NCBI GenBank assembly: GCA_004431415.1
Contig: QPMI01000591.1
Span: 35,535 to 99,534 of the forward strand
Length of the DNA: 64,000 bases
Reading direction: 5' to 3'
DNA from: Cyanophora paradoxa CCMP329
Lineage: Eukaryota; Plantae; Glaucophyta
In this document: one piece after another, positions 1 to 13,115 of the stretch
How positions within the stretch are numbered: position 1 is the first letter of the stretch
Layout of the letters: each line of letters begins with the position of its first letter
Notes under the pieces: generated by a model
Told to the model about the DNA's origin: nothing
Databases searched by the model: none
Seen by the model: the letters and a program-made list of their open reading frames with translations, nothing else
Program-made: the position numbers and the translations under genes

Positions 1-1037
1 TCCCTCCCTTCGGCCCCCTCCGACGGGCGCGGGCGGGCGGGCGGGGGTACAGGATCTCGGCGCGGGAGGGGATCGTGGCGCGGGTGCTCCTCACGAACCA
101 GGCGAGCGAGCGCGCGCGCCGCCGCGGATCCGGCTCGGACTCCGCTCCTCCTCCGGCCCCTCGCCTGATCCCCTTCTTCTTCGCGCAGGGGACGCACATC
201 CGGGACGCGGCGTCCGACCGGCGCGCTGATCTGAGCCGAGCCGATCTGATCTGAGCCCATCTGATCTGACCGCGGGGGGCGCAGGCGCGTGGCGAACACG
301 GCGAAGCGGGCAGCGACGCCGAAGGCCTCGAGCCCGGGCGGCGGCGGCGGAGCCGGCGGCCCCGGCGGCTCCGGTGCGCATGCTGCGGCCGCCCCGCCCG
401 TCCCTCCTCCCTCCAGGTCCGAGCCTGGCGTCGGGCAGGGCCTGCGGCGGACGAGGGCCCGACGGAGGACCCGACGGGGGGCGACTTCGCCATGCGCAAC
501 GCCATCTTCGCCCCCGTCACCATCAGGGCCCGCCCGCCCCGCCAGCGCCCCCCACCCCCACCCCCTCCCCCCCCCCTTCCGGCTCACCTGAGCCGACTGC
601 GCGCAGCACGCGGCGGTGGGGGTTGTCGGCGCCGTGAACCGCCTCCCCGAGGGCCAGGACTTCGGGTACCCCCCTCCGTCTCCACCCCTCACCCCTACCC
701 ACTTCGTTCGCTCGCAGGGACGAGGACGCGGAGCTGCTGGGGCCCCTCGGCACGTTCGCCGTCGCCTACCTCGTGCGTACCCCCCGCCTTCTTCCCCCCC
801 CCATCTTCTCAGCGTACCCCGCAGCTGAACCGGGCGGTGACGCTCTCGGACGGGACGATCAACGCGCTCGGCATCCACTCGACCCTCGCCCGGGCCCGCC
901 CCGCCCCGCCCCGCCCCGCCCCGCCCCGCCCCATCTAAGCTCAGTTTATGTTAGCTTCGCCCCGCCCGCCCGCGGCTTCTGACGTCTCTCCCGCACAGGT
1001 GCTGGTGAACCTGGCGAGGGTCCTCCGGGGCGAGTAG
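1..1037 (+). CDS. 3' part of a multi-exon GAF-domain protein (begins upstream of the window)
   Basis: Hand-joined exons give MRNAIFAPVTI...AVGVVGAVNRLPEGQDFGDEDAELLGPLGTFAVAYL, matching the GAF C-terminal pattern (hydrophobic strand-VP, GVxxxVN(K/R), FxxEDxxLL). Short GT/GC-AG introns; TAG at 1035-1037. Confidence 0.6.
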
Positions 1038-1513
1038 GCCTAGGCCTAGGGCCCCAGCGCTCGGCAGACCTTCCCATAGTGAAGGCCTAGGAGTGCACGC
1101 ATGTGTGCCTGTATTCTAGAACTAGTGCTAGTGGTTCGAATCCGATTTTTGCACTGCGGTAGTCGATCGAGATCGCAGAGACCCGCGGGTGCGGAGCTAC
1201 TTCATTGCTAGTGCGGGCCTAGGAAGCGCGATCACTGAGTCATGGGCGAGTTGCATATATATACGTGAACTGTAGCACGTAAGGGCCCGGCGCCGGCCGG
1301 GGGAGCGTCGACGTGCTGGCTGTAGTAAGAGCGGCGCGTGATCATGAGCAAGGACGTCCCGGGTCCGCGCCGCGGCGCGGGCACGATACGATAACCGTTG
1401 AACGAACTGCAGCTGGCTCTTAGAAAGTTCATAGCGTCCAGTACCAGTATGGATCTGGACGTACTGGCAGCCGAGGCTGGCAATAATACAATAAGTTCAT
1501 TACTAGTTGAACT

Positions 1514-2477
1514 CGCCATACATGTCCAACCGAAATTCTAGCGGAGCACAGCAAACGATTGGCGCGAAACTGAGCACGTCTGAAGTGCAGTTTAGAGCAA
1601 TCTAGAGCAGGGAGATTTTGGGTTTCGCGCCAATGTCTCGCCGTGCAGAAGTTGGCCTCGGGGGTCGCTGCGCCCCGGCCCCCTCTTCAGCCCTCGACAG
1701 CGCAAGGCAGCTCAAGGCCCGCCCAGGCCCCCCCGCTCTCCCCAACTGCCCTTCCCGGGACTCGAACGCTGGGGCAATAAGACGCCGGCCGGGCGCGCTG
1801 CTAGCTCGGCTAGCTCGCCGCGAAACTGGCCTTTTCCTCGTCGCTTTTGTATGGCCATACATCTAGGAAAATTTCGTACCGCATCCGCACGAAACTGAGC
1901 CTTATTCTAGCATCAAGATGCATACTAGCTAGTATTAAACGCTTCAGTTTCTCGCCAATCGCTTTCCATTATTTTATCCAGCCAAATCGACCAGACGCCA
2001 TACATGTCCAACCGAAATTCTAGCGGAGCACAGCAAACGATTGGCGCGAAACTGAGCACGTCTGAAGTGCAGTTTAGAGCAATCTAGAGCAGGGAGATTT
2101 TGGGTTTCGCGCCAATGTCTCGCCGTGCAGAAGTTGGCCTCGGGGGTCGCTGCGCCCCGGCCCCCTCTTCAGCCCTCGACAGCGCAAGGCAGCTCAAGGC
2201 CCGCCCAGGCCCCCCCGCTCTCCCCAACTGCCCTTCCCGGGACTCGAACGCTGGGGCAATAAGACGCCGGCCGGGCGCGCTGCTAGCTCGGCTAGCTCGC
2301 CGCGAAACTGGCCTTTTCCTCGTCGCTTTTGTATGGCCATACATCTAGGAAAATTTCGTACCGCATCCGCACGAAACTGAGCCTTATTCTAGCATCAAGA
2401 TGCATACTAGCTAGTATTAAACGCTTCAGTTTCTCGCCAATCGCTTTCCATTATTTTATCCAGCCAAATCGACCAGA
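1514..2477. repeat. Tandem duplication of a 482-bp unit (1514-1995, 1996-2477)
   Basis: Both units start CGCCATACATGTCC and end AAATCGACCAGA; the ORF track gives identical ORFs offset by 482 (1602/2084, 1618/2100). Confidence 0.95.
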
Positions 2478-2636
2478 GCGTGTACCAAAGTGAAATAGCA
2501 GATGATCATGAATTCGAGCGAATGATCATGGGCGCGAATCGAAATAGGAAAGCCTTGCAATTGAGAAACTAAATTTCAATACAACTAAGCTTGCAGCGCA
2601 CTGCAGCAGCTACGGCAAGTTCTGCATAAAGAAAAC

Positions 2637-2782
2637 TAGTTGTTCATATCTTAAGATAAAGATCGAAAACCAAAGCTGTTCGCTGGTTTGCTGAGAGAGT
2701 CCTAGATGTTCATGTCTTAAGATGAAGCTTAAGATTGAAAACCTGAGCTGTTCGCATGTACATGTTTGGCGAGAGAGTCCTA
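2637..2782. repeat. Two diverged ~70-80-bp tandem units
   Basis: TGTTCAT(A/G)TCTTAAGAT...GAAAACC...AGCTGTTCGC...GAGAGAGTCCTA occurs twice. Confidence 0.7.
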
Positions 2783-3375
2783 CGTATTCACACTGCATAA
2801 ACCAACGAGATACAGAGAATATAGAACTAGCTATAAGTGTGTAGGCGTTATCTTGCTGCCATTTACAAAGATCTAACTTGAGTAATAAAATCGAAATTAG
2901 AGCGATAGGAACTCCCTGCAGAGGACCTCCGAGTAGGGCACGCGGCAGATGGGGCAGGACGCCGCGAGCGCCTCGCCCTGCGCACAGCGATTGTGATCGT
3001 GATATCAGGGCGAAGATAGCTGAAATAGCGGCAGAGGCTGCGGGCGGATCGATCGCACGTGGGAGCCCCTCCTGACGCTCTTGTCCTTCATGATGCAGTC
3101 GCAGCAGTACTCGCTGCGTCGAATTCGAAGGAATTAGATATCGATCCAGATATCGACTCTTCATTGATCTGGGCCCCGGAGGGTGGGGGGGGAAGAGGGG
3201 GGGGAGGGCGGAGGGGAGGGGGGAGGGGGGGGAGGGGAGGGCGGGGGGAGGGGGGGGGAGGGCGGGGGGGGGGGGGGGGGGGCGGGGGCGGAGAAGCGCG
3301 CACTGGCGGCAGGGGAGAAGGACGACGTTCTTGAGGTTCTGGAAGCCGATCCGGAGGGGGTAGTCAGCGACCCGA

Positions 3376-3752
3376 GCGAGAAAATCAGAGGCACGGCGCG
3401 CCCGAGCTCGGCAGGGGCGCTAAAAAAAATAAAGAATAAAGAAGCGTATTCGCTCAGTGAACCGAAAAGGAAATCCGAATAGGGGGCGATCCGATGTGGG
3501 CGAGAAAATCAGAGGCACGGCGCGCCCGAGCTCGGCAGGGGCGCTAAAAAAAATAAAGAATAAAGAAGCGTATTCGCTCAGTGAACCGAAAAGGAAATCC
3601 GAATAGGGGGCGATCCGATGTGGGCGAGAAAATCAGAGGCACGGCGCGCCCGAGCTCGGCAGGGGCGCTAAAAAAAATAAAGAATAAAGAAGCGTATTCG
3701 CTCAGTGAACCGAAAAGGAAATCCGAATAGGGGGCGATCCGATGTGGGCGAG
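3376..3752. repeat. 124-bp minisatellite, three copies
   Basis: GCGAGAAAATCAGAGGCACGG... starts at 3376, 3500 and 3624. Confidence 0.95.
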
Positions 3753-3839
3753 CAACACATGTACAACTCGGCAAGGCAGGGCAGGGCGCGCTCAAGCTAA
3801 AGCCCGGACCCAAGCTCGAGCTGCTCGGGCTCGGACGGA

Positions 3840-6400
3840 CCTGGAAGCAGAGGGGGCACTCGAGCTTGCCGCGGAGGTCCGCCGCCTGCTTCAGCAGCGT
3901 CTCCTTCTCCCCCAGCAGCTTCATGTCTGAAACAAAGAGTCCGAGAATCCAAAGCGTAAGCCGGGAAGAAATGTTCTAAGTAATGGGCAAGAGCGCACAT
4001 GCGATTTCCAGCTCCGCGAGACGCTTCTGCTCCCTGCATAACGCACGCATGCGCTGGTAAGATATCGAGGGATCGGGCTGGGAGATCTAGATGCGGCGCG
4101 GGCGGGCGTGCGGTGGAGGGCGGAGCTGAGGGGCGGGGGGGCGAAAGGGGGGGGGGGGAAAGGGGGGGGGGGGGGGGCATCGAGGGAGGCACCTGCTCAG
4201 CAGCGCCCTCAGCTGGCCCTCCGTCCTTTTGTCCTGCATTTCAGAGCAGATCATGATCAGAGCATACCTAGAGTTAAGAAGCGGCCCGAAGGTTAAGAAG
4301 CAAACCTCTTGCCCGCCGGAGCTGGAGGGCTCGGGGGAGGCGGCCGGCAGGCCCACCGGGGGCAGCGCCGTCGAGTAGTCGATCGACGTCGACGCCTGCG
4401 GCTCGTGCCGGACGGGCTGGCACTCGAGAACTGCAGGACAGGGGCGATCCAAGATCAATTTAAAGAGCGGAAGGATTGACGCTTAATCTTGAGGTGCGGG
4501 GCGGACTGGAGGACATGAGGAAGGGCTTGAGGCGGATGGGGAAGATGTCGGCCACCACCTGCTTCCCCTCCTCGTCCGCGATCACCAGCTGCGCATGCGT
4601 GCGGGGTCGAGGATGCGTTAGAGCTCGAGAAAGAAACGAAGTGGGCAACCCAGGCTTCGGGCCGCTTGATTGATTAGAGTCAGGTACAGATCTAGAAAGT
4701 AGACAGGATCCAAATGGAAGTCCTTAAGCTTTATATAATTAGGCCGCTTCAGCTTCACGTTTCGCAGGGCAGGGCGGCGAGGATCGGACCTTGTACTTCC
4801 GCGCCGCTATGTCCTCGCTGCGCGATCGGGGAAGCGAGTTCGACGTTGCTGGAGGCTAGGCACGGGGCGGCGGCGGCGGCGGGGGGGCGGACTGGCGGTC
4901 GACGAGGAAGACGGCCTCGGCGGCGCTGTTGATCCGCGTCTCGCACTGCTTCACGAAGCGACCCTGGAGGAAGGCGGGTCAGCCTGGCAGGTCAAGGCGG
5001 GGGCCATGTGCATGACCCGGGCAAGGCCGGGCGGGCCAAGGTCTAGGCTTAGGTCCAGGCGGGGGCCTAGGCGCACGGCAGCCTCGCCGAGGACTTATTT
5101 TTCTTTTTTCTTATAGCCGAAAAAAAGCCGAGGACTTATTTATATATATAGTACGTATACTAGTTAATAATGAAGGTCGAGGCTTATACACGGCCGGGGC
5201 CGGGGCGAAGCTTGTGTAATAATAATCGAGGGCGGCGGCCGAGCTCGAGGCGGGTCGACTTCGACTTCTTTGATAAACTGATTTAAATTCACGCACAAGG
5301 CGGAGGCGGGGGCGAGGGGCGGGGGCGCACGGTGGCCTCGTCGAGGAGGGAGAGGGCGGCGGTGCAGCCCTCCAGGTAGATGTCCGACGACGAGAGGCAC
5401 ACCTGGCTCATGGCTCAGTTGAACTCAAACGTAAGCGAGGGCGAGGGCGAGGGCGAGGGGCGAGCGAAGCTGGGAGGGATCGGGAGGAGTCTTAGGCGTG
5501 GGCGGGGCGGCTCGCTCGCCTTCGCGCCGCAGGGTATCTTGCGGAGGGAGACCTTGACGGCCGTGCAGCACTCGCCGAGCACCTTCGTGGGCACCGCTGG
5601 CGTCGACATCGGCCGTGAGCCGACTTCAAGAGAAGAGGAGAGAACAAGAGGAAGTAATAAAGCGGCAGACCTGAAATGAGGGTCTCCCTGGCCGTGCACG
5701 AACCCACGACGGAACCCGAATGGAAAGTCAGTACGACCCCAGGACCGGGATTCGAACTCTAGATCTGGAATCACGAAAGCTGAAGCTTGAAGCTTAAGCT
5801 CGAGGCGGGCGGGCGGACCGGGTGCGAAGGAGGACGGTCTTGGGGCCCTCCGAGAGGCCCGCGAACGTGTGGCTGTCCACGTCCTCCACCTCTGCCCCCG
5901 GCGCCCCCGGCCGCGCAGTCAGTTTGGCTCATATCAAGCTCATATCAAGCCTTAGCTCGAGATTAGACTTATGTGAAGCTTCAGCTTATTTAATCTAATC
6001 GAAGCTCGAGCGGCGCGGGCGGGCGGGCGGGCGGGCGCACCGCCCTCGACCTGGTTGTTGTCGGGGCGGATGACGGATATGGACATGCGGAGGCGCGTCT
6101 CCCCCGCGCGCACGGAGCCCTCCGGGAAGCCCGAGTACTCCACGTCGATCTGGCGCGGGCGGGGCGGGGCCGGGATCGATCGGGCTTCTAGGGAGGGGGG
6201 GAGAGAGGCTGGGGAGCGCGCGGCCCGCGCGCGGCCGTACCTGGACTGCGAAAATCGAGCGAAAGTTAGGGCGGCGCGCGGCGAGTCGGGGACGCGGCTG
6301 GACCGGCGGCAGAGCGCGCACGATTCCCCGTCTTGGGTGCGGCCGGGGCCGCCGCCTTGAGGGCCGTCCGAAGCACGACCCCCTGCCGAGTTCGATCAGT
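3840..6400 (-). CDS. Fragments of a multi-exon gene of unknown function (coiled-coil followed by CPLC, possible RING start); may be degraded
   Basis: Exon-like GC-rich segments on the minus strand: VEYSGFPEGSVRAGETRLRMSISVIRPDNNQ, STPAVPTKVLGECCTAVKVSLRKIPCG, EEGKQVVADIFPIRLKPFL, KLLGEKETLLKQAADLRGKLECPLCFQ. I could not build a full gene model. Confidence 0.3.
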
Positions 6401-7376
6401 CGAGTGCTCAGCCTCATGATCATGGTCACAGAAAGATCGTGGCGCGCAAGGCGGGCCGGCGACCGCGGTCAGCTGTAGGCCTAGAGAGAGAGCTAGAGTC
6501 TCAGGGGCTGCCGCTGGGGTCGGGTGTACGCGACTGCAGCTGCTGCAGGACTAGTTTGGCCGCGGGACGCCGGCCGCGGAATTCCAAGGCGCGCGCCGCG
6601 CTCGAGCCCTCAAGCTTAAGCGCCAGATCCAGATCCAGCAAGGTATCCGGGCGATCGACGAGCGCTTACCTCGTGGATCGAGTTGTCCCCTTCTCCCCGA
6701 GGCCTGTGCTTCCTGAACCTGGTTCAGGGACGTCGACAGCGGTCAGATCGAATCTCGAGCTCCAGCGCTAGCGCTAGCGCTTGGAAGCGATCAGCGGAGT
6801 CCCGGCGCGCACCAGTTCAGCGGATTCCCCATCGACATCGAGCTGGACGTCCGGGCGACTTCGGACGGGGACACGGGGCCCGCTCCAGCGGCCCTGCTGG
6901 CGCTGCCGCTCCGTTCTCTCGACCGAGCCATCGCTGGACCCCGCGGCTCGCTAGCGCCTCAGCACGGCGACCGACTTGTCGCCGAGCAGCTCCGGAATCC
7001 TGTCACACGCGCTGGTAGCTCCCGAAAAGGCGAAGAGGCGCCCCGCCGGAGATCCGCGTGCTCCCCTCCGAGTACGTCGCGTTGAGCTCCCCGGGCTTGC
7101 AGGCGCACGCCGAGCGTAAGCTGATGCTCCGGAGGCGCCTCCGGCTGCCGCTCGTGCGCCTTCGGCTTCAGCGTCGCGTACCCCTCCCGTTGCACCACAT
7201 TGCGACTTCCGCGGCCGACGCACGTACGTTCGCACGTACGGGTTCCTCTGCCGCGGTGCAGCTCGCTCCCGCGTGCTGACGGCCGTGCAGCGCCGGCTCG
7301 CTCGGCACTCGCTCGTCCTGTCTTCCGGCGGCGCTGAGCGGTCAAGCCGCGTGCAAGCCGTCTGCGGCCATCCAGA

Positions 7377-10300
7377 ATGACCCAAGACGCCCATCACCCG
7401 CCGCACGGCGCCGGTGGCCATTCTTCGTTCGGCGCGGGCGGTCATGGCGCCGCCGGCTCGCCGCCTCCGCCGCCGCCGAGGGAGAATCCGTTCGTCAAGG
7501 CTTTCCAGCGCGCCCGGCGATTCGCTGTGGGCGGTCTGGCGGTCGTCGGAGGGATTGTCGTGCTCGGCGCCGCGGTCGCCGCGTCCGCGAAGGAGGAGCA
7601 GCGCAAGCGCATCGTGAACGGCACCGTCCTCACCCTCGGTGAGCGCCTGCCGCCCTCCGCGCGAGCCGCGGCACCGCGGCCCGTCCCGGGCTCCCGAACC
7701 CGAACCGTCCCCCAGACATGGAGCGCGGGCTCGTGGAGACGCAGCCGCGGAGCCCGCTGCAGGCGATCGTGCCGCCGAGCAAGCGGCCGCTGATCCTGCG
7801 CGAGGTCCTGGACGCGCTGGAGCACGCCGAGCGCGACCCGCGCGTCCGGGGCCTCGTGCTCCGCGTCGGCGGCCCGAGCGTCGGCTTCGCGGTCGCGCAG
7901 GAGCTCTGCGACGCCGTCCGCTCCTTCTCGCGCGCCCCGTCCAACAAGTTCTCGATCGCCTTCGCCGAGACCTTCGGCGAGCTCCAGAACGGGAACGAGG
8001 TGCGCCCGCCGCGCCGCTCTCCCGCCGAGCGCCGAGGCGTCTTCGCAGGCGTACGTGCTGGCGTCCTCGTGCAGCGAGGTGCACGTGCAGCCGTCCGGCG
8101 ACGTCACGCTCGGCGGCCTCGCCACGTGCGCCCCGCCCCGCCCCGCCCCGCCCCGCCCCGAGCCCGAGCGCCACTGTTTAGAGTGCCTGGGATCCTTAAG
8201 GGCCCTCCGCCCCGCTCCGCCTCCCTTCCCCTGTCCCCTGTCCCCTGTCCCCTGTTGAGGATCCTCCGTCCTACCCTCCCCCCCGCCCCCTGTCCTACCT
8301 CACGCCCCTATCCCTCCCTGCCTTCCGCCGGCAGGGACGCGCCGTTCGTGAAGGGTCTGCTGGACCGCCTCGGCGTCGCCGCCCGCATCGAGGCCCGCGA
8401 GGAGTACAAGGCACGCGCTTCCCCCTCCCCCCGGGCCCGGGCCAGCCCCAGGGACCGGACCCGGGCCCCCATGCCCCTAGGCCCCTAGGCGCCCCCGGGC
8501 CCCTAGGCCCCCGCGAGGAGTACAAGGCACGCGCTTTCCCCCTCCCCCCGGGCCCGGGCCAGGCCCCAGGGACCGGGCCCCCGGGCCCCTCGAAGCCGAT
8601 CCTCGAAGCCGGCGGTCCCTCGCCTGCTCGCTAGAGCCTGCTTGCTAGAGCCCCGGCCCCGGCCCCGGCCCCGGCCCGGGGGCGCCCGCCAGCCCCAAAC
8701 CGTCTAGCCGTCTGAGCTTCGTTCGCAGAACGCGCCGAACGTGTACACGGAGACGGCGTTCACGGCGCACCACCGCGAGGCCACCGAGCACCTCCTCGGC
8801 CGCCTCCACGCCCAGGCACGCCGCCCCGGGCCCCAGGATTCCTAGCCTCCCCGGCCCCAGCGCCCTCCTCTCTAGGACTAGGGCTAGGATCCTAGCCGCC
8901 CCGGCCCCGCCCTTTCGGGAAGCCCGGCCCCTCCTTCTCTTCCGCTCCCCTCCTCACGCCCCGCGCCCGCGCAGATGGTGTCGATGGTGGCGGAGGGCCG
9001 GCGCCTCACCGCCGAGGCCGCCGCCGCCGCCTTCCGCGAGGCCCGCCCCCGCCCCTGAAGACCTTAAGGGCTTAACTCTAAGCGAGGCTCGCGCCTAGAG
9101 CGTCAGGCCTAAGGGCCTAAGGACCGCTCCGCCCCCGCCCAGCCCCCGCCCCTTGAGACCTGAAGAGCCTGCACCTAAGCGAGGCTCGGGCCTAGGGCCC
9201 AAGAGCTGAGAGCTCAGAGCTCAGAGCCTAACCTTAGAGCGAGGCTCGCGCCCAAAAAGCGCTAGGTCTAAGGATCTTGGATGGGCTCGCACCCGCCCCC
9301 CCCTCCCCCCCCCCCCCCCCCCCCGCCCCGCCCCGCCCCGCCCCGCCCCCCCGCCGCTCGCCGCTGACGCGCTCGCTGGCGCGCAGGGCCCGTTCAGCGC
9401 GGCGGAGGCGCTGCGGCGCTCCCTCGTCGACTCCGCCAGCTACCGCGACCAGGCCCGCCCGCCCCTTCCCCTAGGACCAGGCGCCCCTCCAGTCCTTAAG
9501 GGCCCCCGGGGATCCTGCGACCCTCGGGCTCCCCTGCTGAGGGATCTTAGGACGGGGCGCCCGCCTCGGGGGCCCGCCCCTTCCCCTAGGACCAGGCGCC
9601 CCTCCAGTCCTTCTCTGCTTAGGGCCCCCGGGACAGGTGCGGGAGCGGGCGCACGCCCTCGCGGCCGTCGGGGGCCTCCTCCCCAAGGTCCGCTCCGCCC
9701 CGCCCCGCCCCCCCACATCCTCCGCCTCCTTCACCGCCTTCGCCGCAGGACGTGAAGCTGGTGCCCGTGGACCGCTACTACAAGGCCGCCGTCGGGCCGG
9801 CCGAGGAGGCCGTCAAGAAGGTCCGTATAAGACGCGTGGGAACCCCCAGGAACCGCACAAGACGTGCCTGCGCTGCGGTTAGATAAGAATCATATAAGCC
9901 TATAAGCATATAAAGCATATAAGAAGCCTCGCCGTCGGGCCGGCCGAGGAGGCCGTCAAGAAGGTCCGCAAAGCGGGGAACAGCGTGAGACGCGGCTGCG
10001 CTGCGGTCACATAAGAGCATATAAAGCGCATATAAGGAGGGTTCTACCCCTTAGAAGCAGATGACGCGGCCCGCCTCGCCTCTCCGCCCGCCTCGCCTCT
10101 TCGGAGCATATCTAAGGAGGCATAAGTATTAAAACGCTTGCTGCCTCGCCCCGCCCCGCCCCGCCTCGCCGCCCCGCCCGCCCGCCCTACCCCCGGACTT
10201 GACTCGCGCGCAGGCGGCGCAGGCGGCGACTGGGAAGACCCGCGCCGACGGCCTGGTCCGCTCACATCTGATCTGATCTGATCTGATCAGATCAGATCTA

Positions 10301-12105
10301 ATCTGATCCGGCGGACCCGCAGCCGAGCGCGCCGACCATCGCCCTCGTCTATGCGGTGCGCCCCTCCGCCCCCCTCCCTCTTCCCCGCGTCCCTCGACAC
10401 CATCCCCCGGCAGGTGGGGAACATCATGCGGGGCCGCAACCGCGAGCGCGGCCTCGGGCCCGACGAAAACTGCTGGTCCGACGTGCGCCGCCCCGCGCCC
10501 CGCCCCGCGCCCGCCCCACCCAGACGCGCTAAACCGCCACCCACCCAACCCCTCCCACCCGCCCCTCAGGTTGTGGTGTCGGCGCTGCGGGACGCCGGGG
10601 AGGACGAGGACGTGAAGGCTGTCGTCATGCGCGTCGACAGGCGCGCGGCTCGGCTCAGCTCAGCTAAGGCAGCTCGCCCGCCCGCTCAGCTGAGCGCGGG
10701 GGCGGCAGCCGCGGGGGCAGCGCGGTGGCGAGCGACACGATCGGGCGGGAGGCGACGCGCGTGCGCGACGCCGGCAAGCCCCTCGTCGTCTCCATGGGTG
10801 CCGCCCCCACCCCGCCCCGCCCCGCCCCGCCCCGCCACTAGGCGATAGAGGGCTAGGCGCTCCCGCACCCGAATCCCTCCCCCGTCTGGCCCCGCCGCTG
10901 GAGGCCCTGCCCCTCGCCGCCGCTGCGCCTTCCTCTCACGGGGCGGGGCTCCAGGCAACTACGCCGCGTCGGGGGGCTACTGGATCTCCATGAACGCCAC
11001 CCGGTGCGCTTTGATCCCCCCCACCGCCTCCCGTACCCCGGAATCGACCTGTTCCCCCCGCAGCATCCTCGCGTGGCCCGGGACCATCACGGGTACGCGA
11101 GCGAGCGAGCGAGCGAACTCGACTTTGCTCCGCTCCGCCCGCCCCCCGCGGCCGACCCCCTCGGCCTTCGATCGCCCGCAGGCAGCATCGGCGTCTTCGG
11201 CGGGAAGGCCCTCGTGCGCTGGCTGCGCCCCGGGCCGTGCCCCTCTGCTTCGGCAATGACGGGCCCCGCCGCAGGTTCGGGGCGCGGCGGAGAAGCTCGG
11301 CGTGACGTTCGACTGGGCGGGCGCCGGCGGCGAGAGCAGCGCAAGGTTCTCCCCCCTCCTCCTTCCAGCCTTGCCAGCTCCCCGTCTAGAGCAGGAGCAC
11401 GTCTAGCTGGTCCCGCTGGCTCCCTTCCTCCTTCTACCCCCCCTCTACCTGGAGCTTGTTGACCCCCCTCTCCCCCCCAGGTTCTCGAGTCCCTTCTGGG
11501 ACTACGACGCCCACGGCCGCGAGCGCCTCGCCGCCTTCCTCGACCGGTCCGCGTACCCCCCCCCCCGGACCCGATCCGAGGCCGGGGAGAGAGAGAGAGA
11601 GCCGGGGCGACGCGTACCCCCCCTTGCCCCGTGCAGGATCTACGGCGACTTCGTTCGCGGCGTGGCGGCCGGGCGCAAGCTGCCCTTCGAGCGGCGCGTA
11701 CCCCCCCCTCAGATCTGAGTTTCAGGCCGATCTGACTTTCGAGCTTTTCCCCCCCGCAGGGCCCTCGAGGTCGCCAAGGGGCGCGTCTGGACCGGCGACG
11801 ACGCCCTCCAGGTGCCGTACCCCCCTTGCCCTTCTTCCACCCCCCCCCCCGCCGGCCCGGCCGTTGACGAGGGGTACGGGGCCGCAGCTGGGGCTCGTGG
11901 ACGAGATGGGCGGCCTCCGCGCAGCCATCCGCGCCGCCAAGGTGGCCGCCGGTATCCCCGCCGACGCCCCGGTACCCCCTCCCGGCCTCCCCTTGTACCC
12001 CTCCTCCCGCTTGTGCCCCCTGCAACTCCTCCCCTAGGTTGTCGTGCGCGAGTTCGGCCCCGGCGCCCGCCGGACCCTCACCGAGTCCCTCGCCGTGCGT
12101 ACCCC

Positions 12106-12146
<41 letters not shown>

Positions 12147-12577
12147 AGCGCGTTTTCGGCGCAGCGGTTCTTCAAGGAGGAGGACGACGACGTGGTGTCC
12201 CCCGCGGCGGAGGCGGGCGCCCTCTCCGCCGCCGCCGAGGCCGCCGCCGAGGTCCTTCCCTTTCCTTTCCTTTCCTTTCCTTTCTTTCCTTTCCTTTTCT
12301 CTTCCATTCTCAGTTTCTATCCCAGATCCTGGAGGTGGCCGGCCTCGCGCGGGCCGCCCTGGACGTCACGGGCCTCCGCCCCGTCCTCGGCCAGGCACGC
12401 GTACCCCCCGAAGCTCGAGCCTCTAGATCTAGCTCGCCCGGCCCTCCCCGCCTGAGCTGTTTGGGCGCAGCTGGCGGAGCTGCGGTCCCTCGAGGGCGGG
12501 GCCGCCGCGCACGCCGGGCCCGCCCCCGTCCCCCTCAACCCCCGCGACGGGCGCTGAGGCCGCTCAACATCGTCTGA
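7377..12577 (+). CDS. sppA: Signal peptide peptidase A (protease IV, family S49, long two-domain form), ~25 introns
   Basis: Reconstructed exons contain an N-terminal TM segment, DALEHAERDPRVRGLVL, AYVLASSCSEVHVQPSG, EYKNAPN, VKAVVMRVDSRGGSAVASD, KPLVVSMGNYAASGGYWIS, GTITGSIGV, AKGRVWTGDDALQLGLVDEMGG. These are hallmark SppA motifs. The last exon boundary is uncertain. Confidence 0.92.
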
Positions 12578-12623
12578 ATTATATTCCGATTTTTTGCGTA
12601 GCTAGCGTTTGCTCTCGAGTGTC
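12380..12623 (+). repeat. SppA 3' end (last exons/UTR), duplicated at 23045-23291
   Basis: CCCGTCCTCGGCCAGGCACGCG...GCTCAA(C/T)ATCGTCTGAATTATATTCCGATTTT...CTCGAGTGTC is present at both loci with modest divergence. Confidence 0.9.
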
Positions 12624-13115
12624 TAATTTATATGTGCACCAGCGCTAGTGCTAGCGCTAGCGTTGCAGCATCTGGCAGGGCCTCATTGGCCTACAGCTAT
12701 ATAGCGGCAGAGCAGCGGCACAGTGACTCGTAAGCGCTGGCGCGGCGCCGGCGCCGACGCCGGCGGCCGCACGATTTTGATCCGCCAAGCCGTCACGAGC
12801 CGTCAAGCCGCTCGTGGTCGGGTACAGCGTCTTCGCGCCGCTTGTAACGTTACAGCGATACAGCGACGCCCTTGTGCTGCAACGTTAACAATAGGCCGTG
12901 GCCTGCAGGCTAGGAAACGCTGTCGTGAACAAATAGCTAGCGGCAGATCTAGTGTTTTGCAAGCGATGCCGTAGCTATATAGCGCGCGCGCGCGACGAAA
13001 TTTGATCCGCCAAGCGCTAGCCGTGAAGCCGGTTTGGTCGGGTACAGCGTCTCCGCAGCCGCGCCGCTTGGTTTTCCTGCCGTCACCCCTGCGACGATCC
13101 GAGTGAAAGCGCAGC

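Noticed and set aside
3376-3752. CRISPR-like array
   Set aside because: Contiguous identical 124-bp units with no spacers, eukaryotic context and no cas genes.
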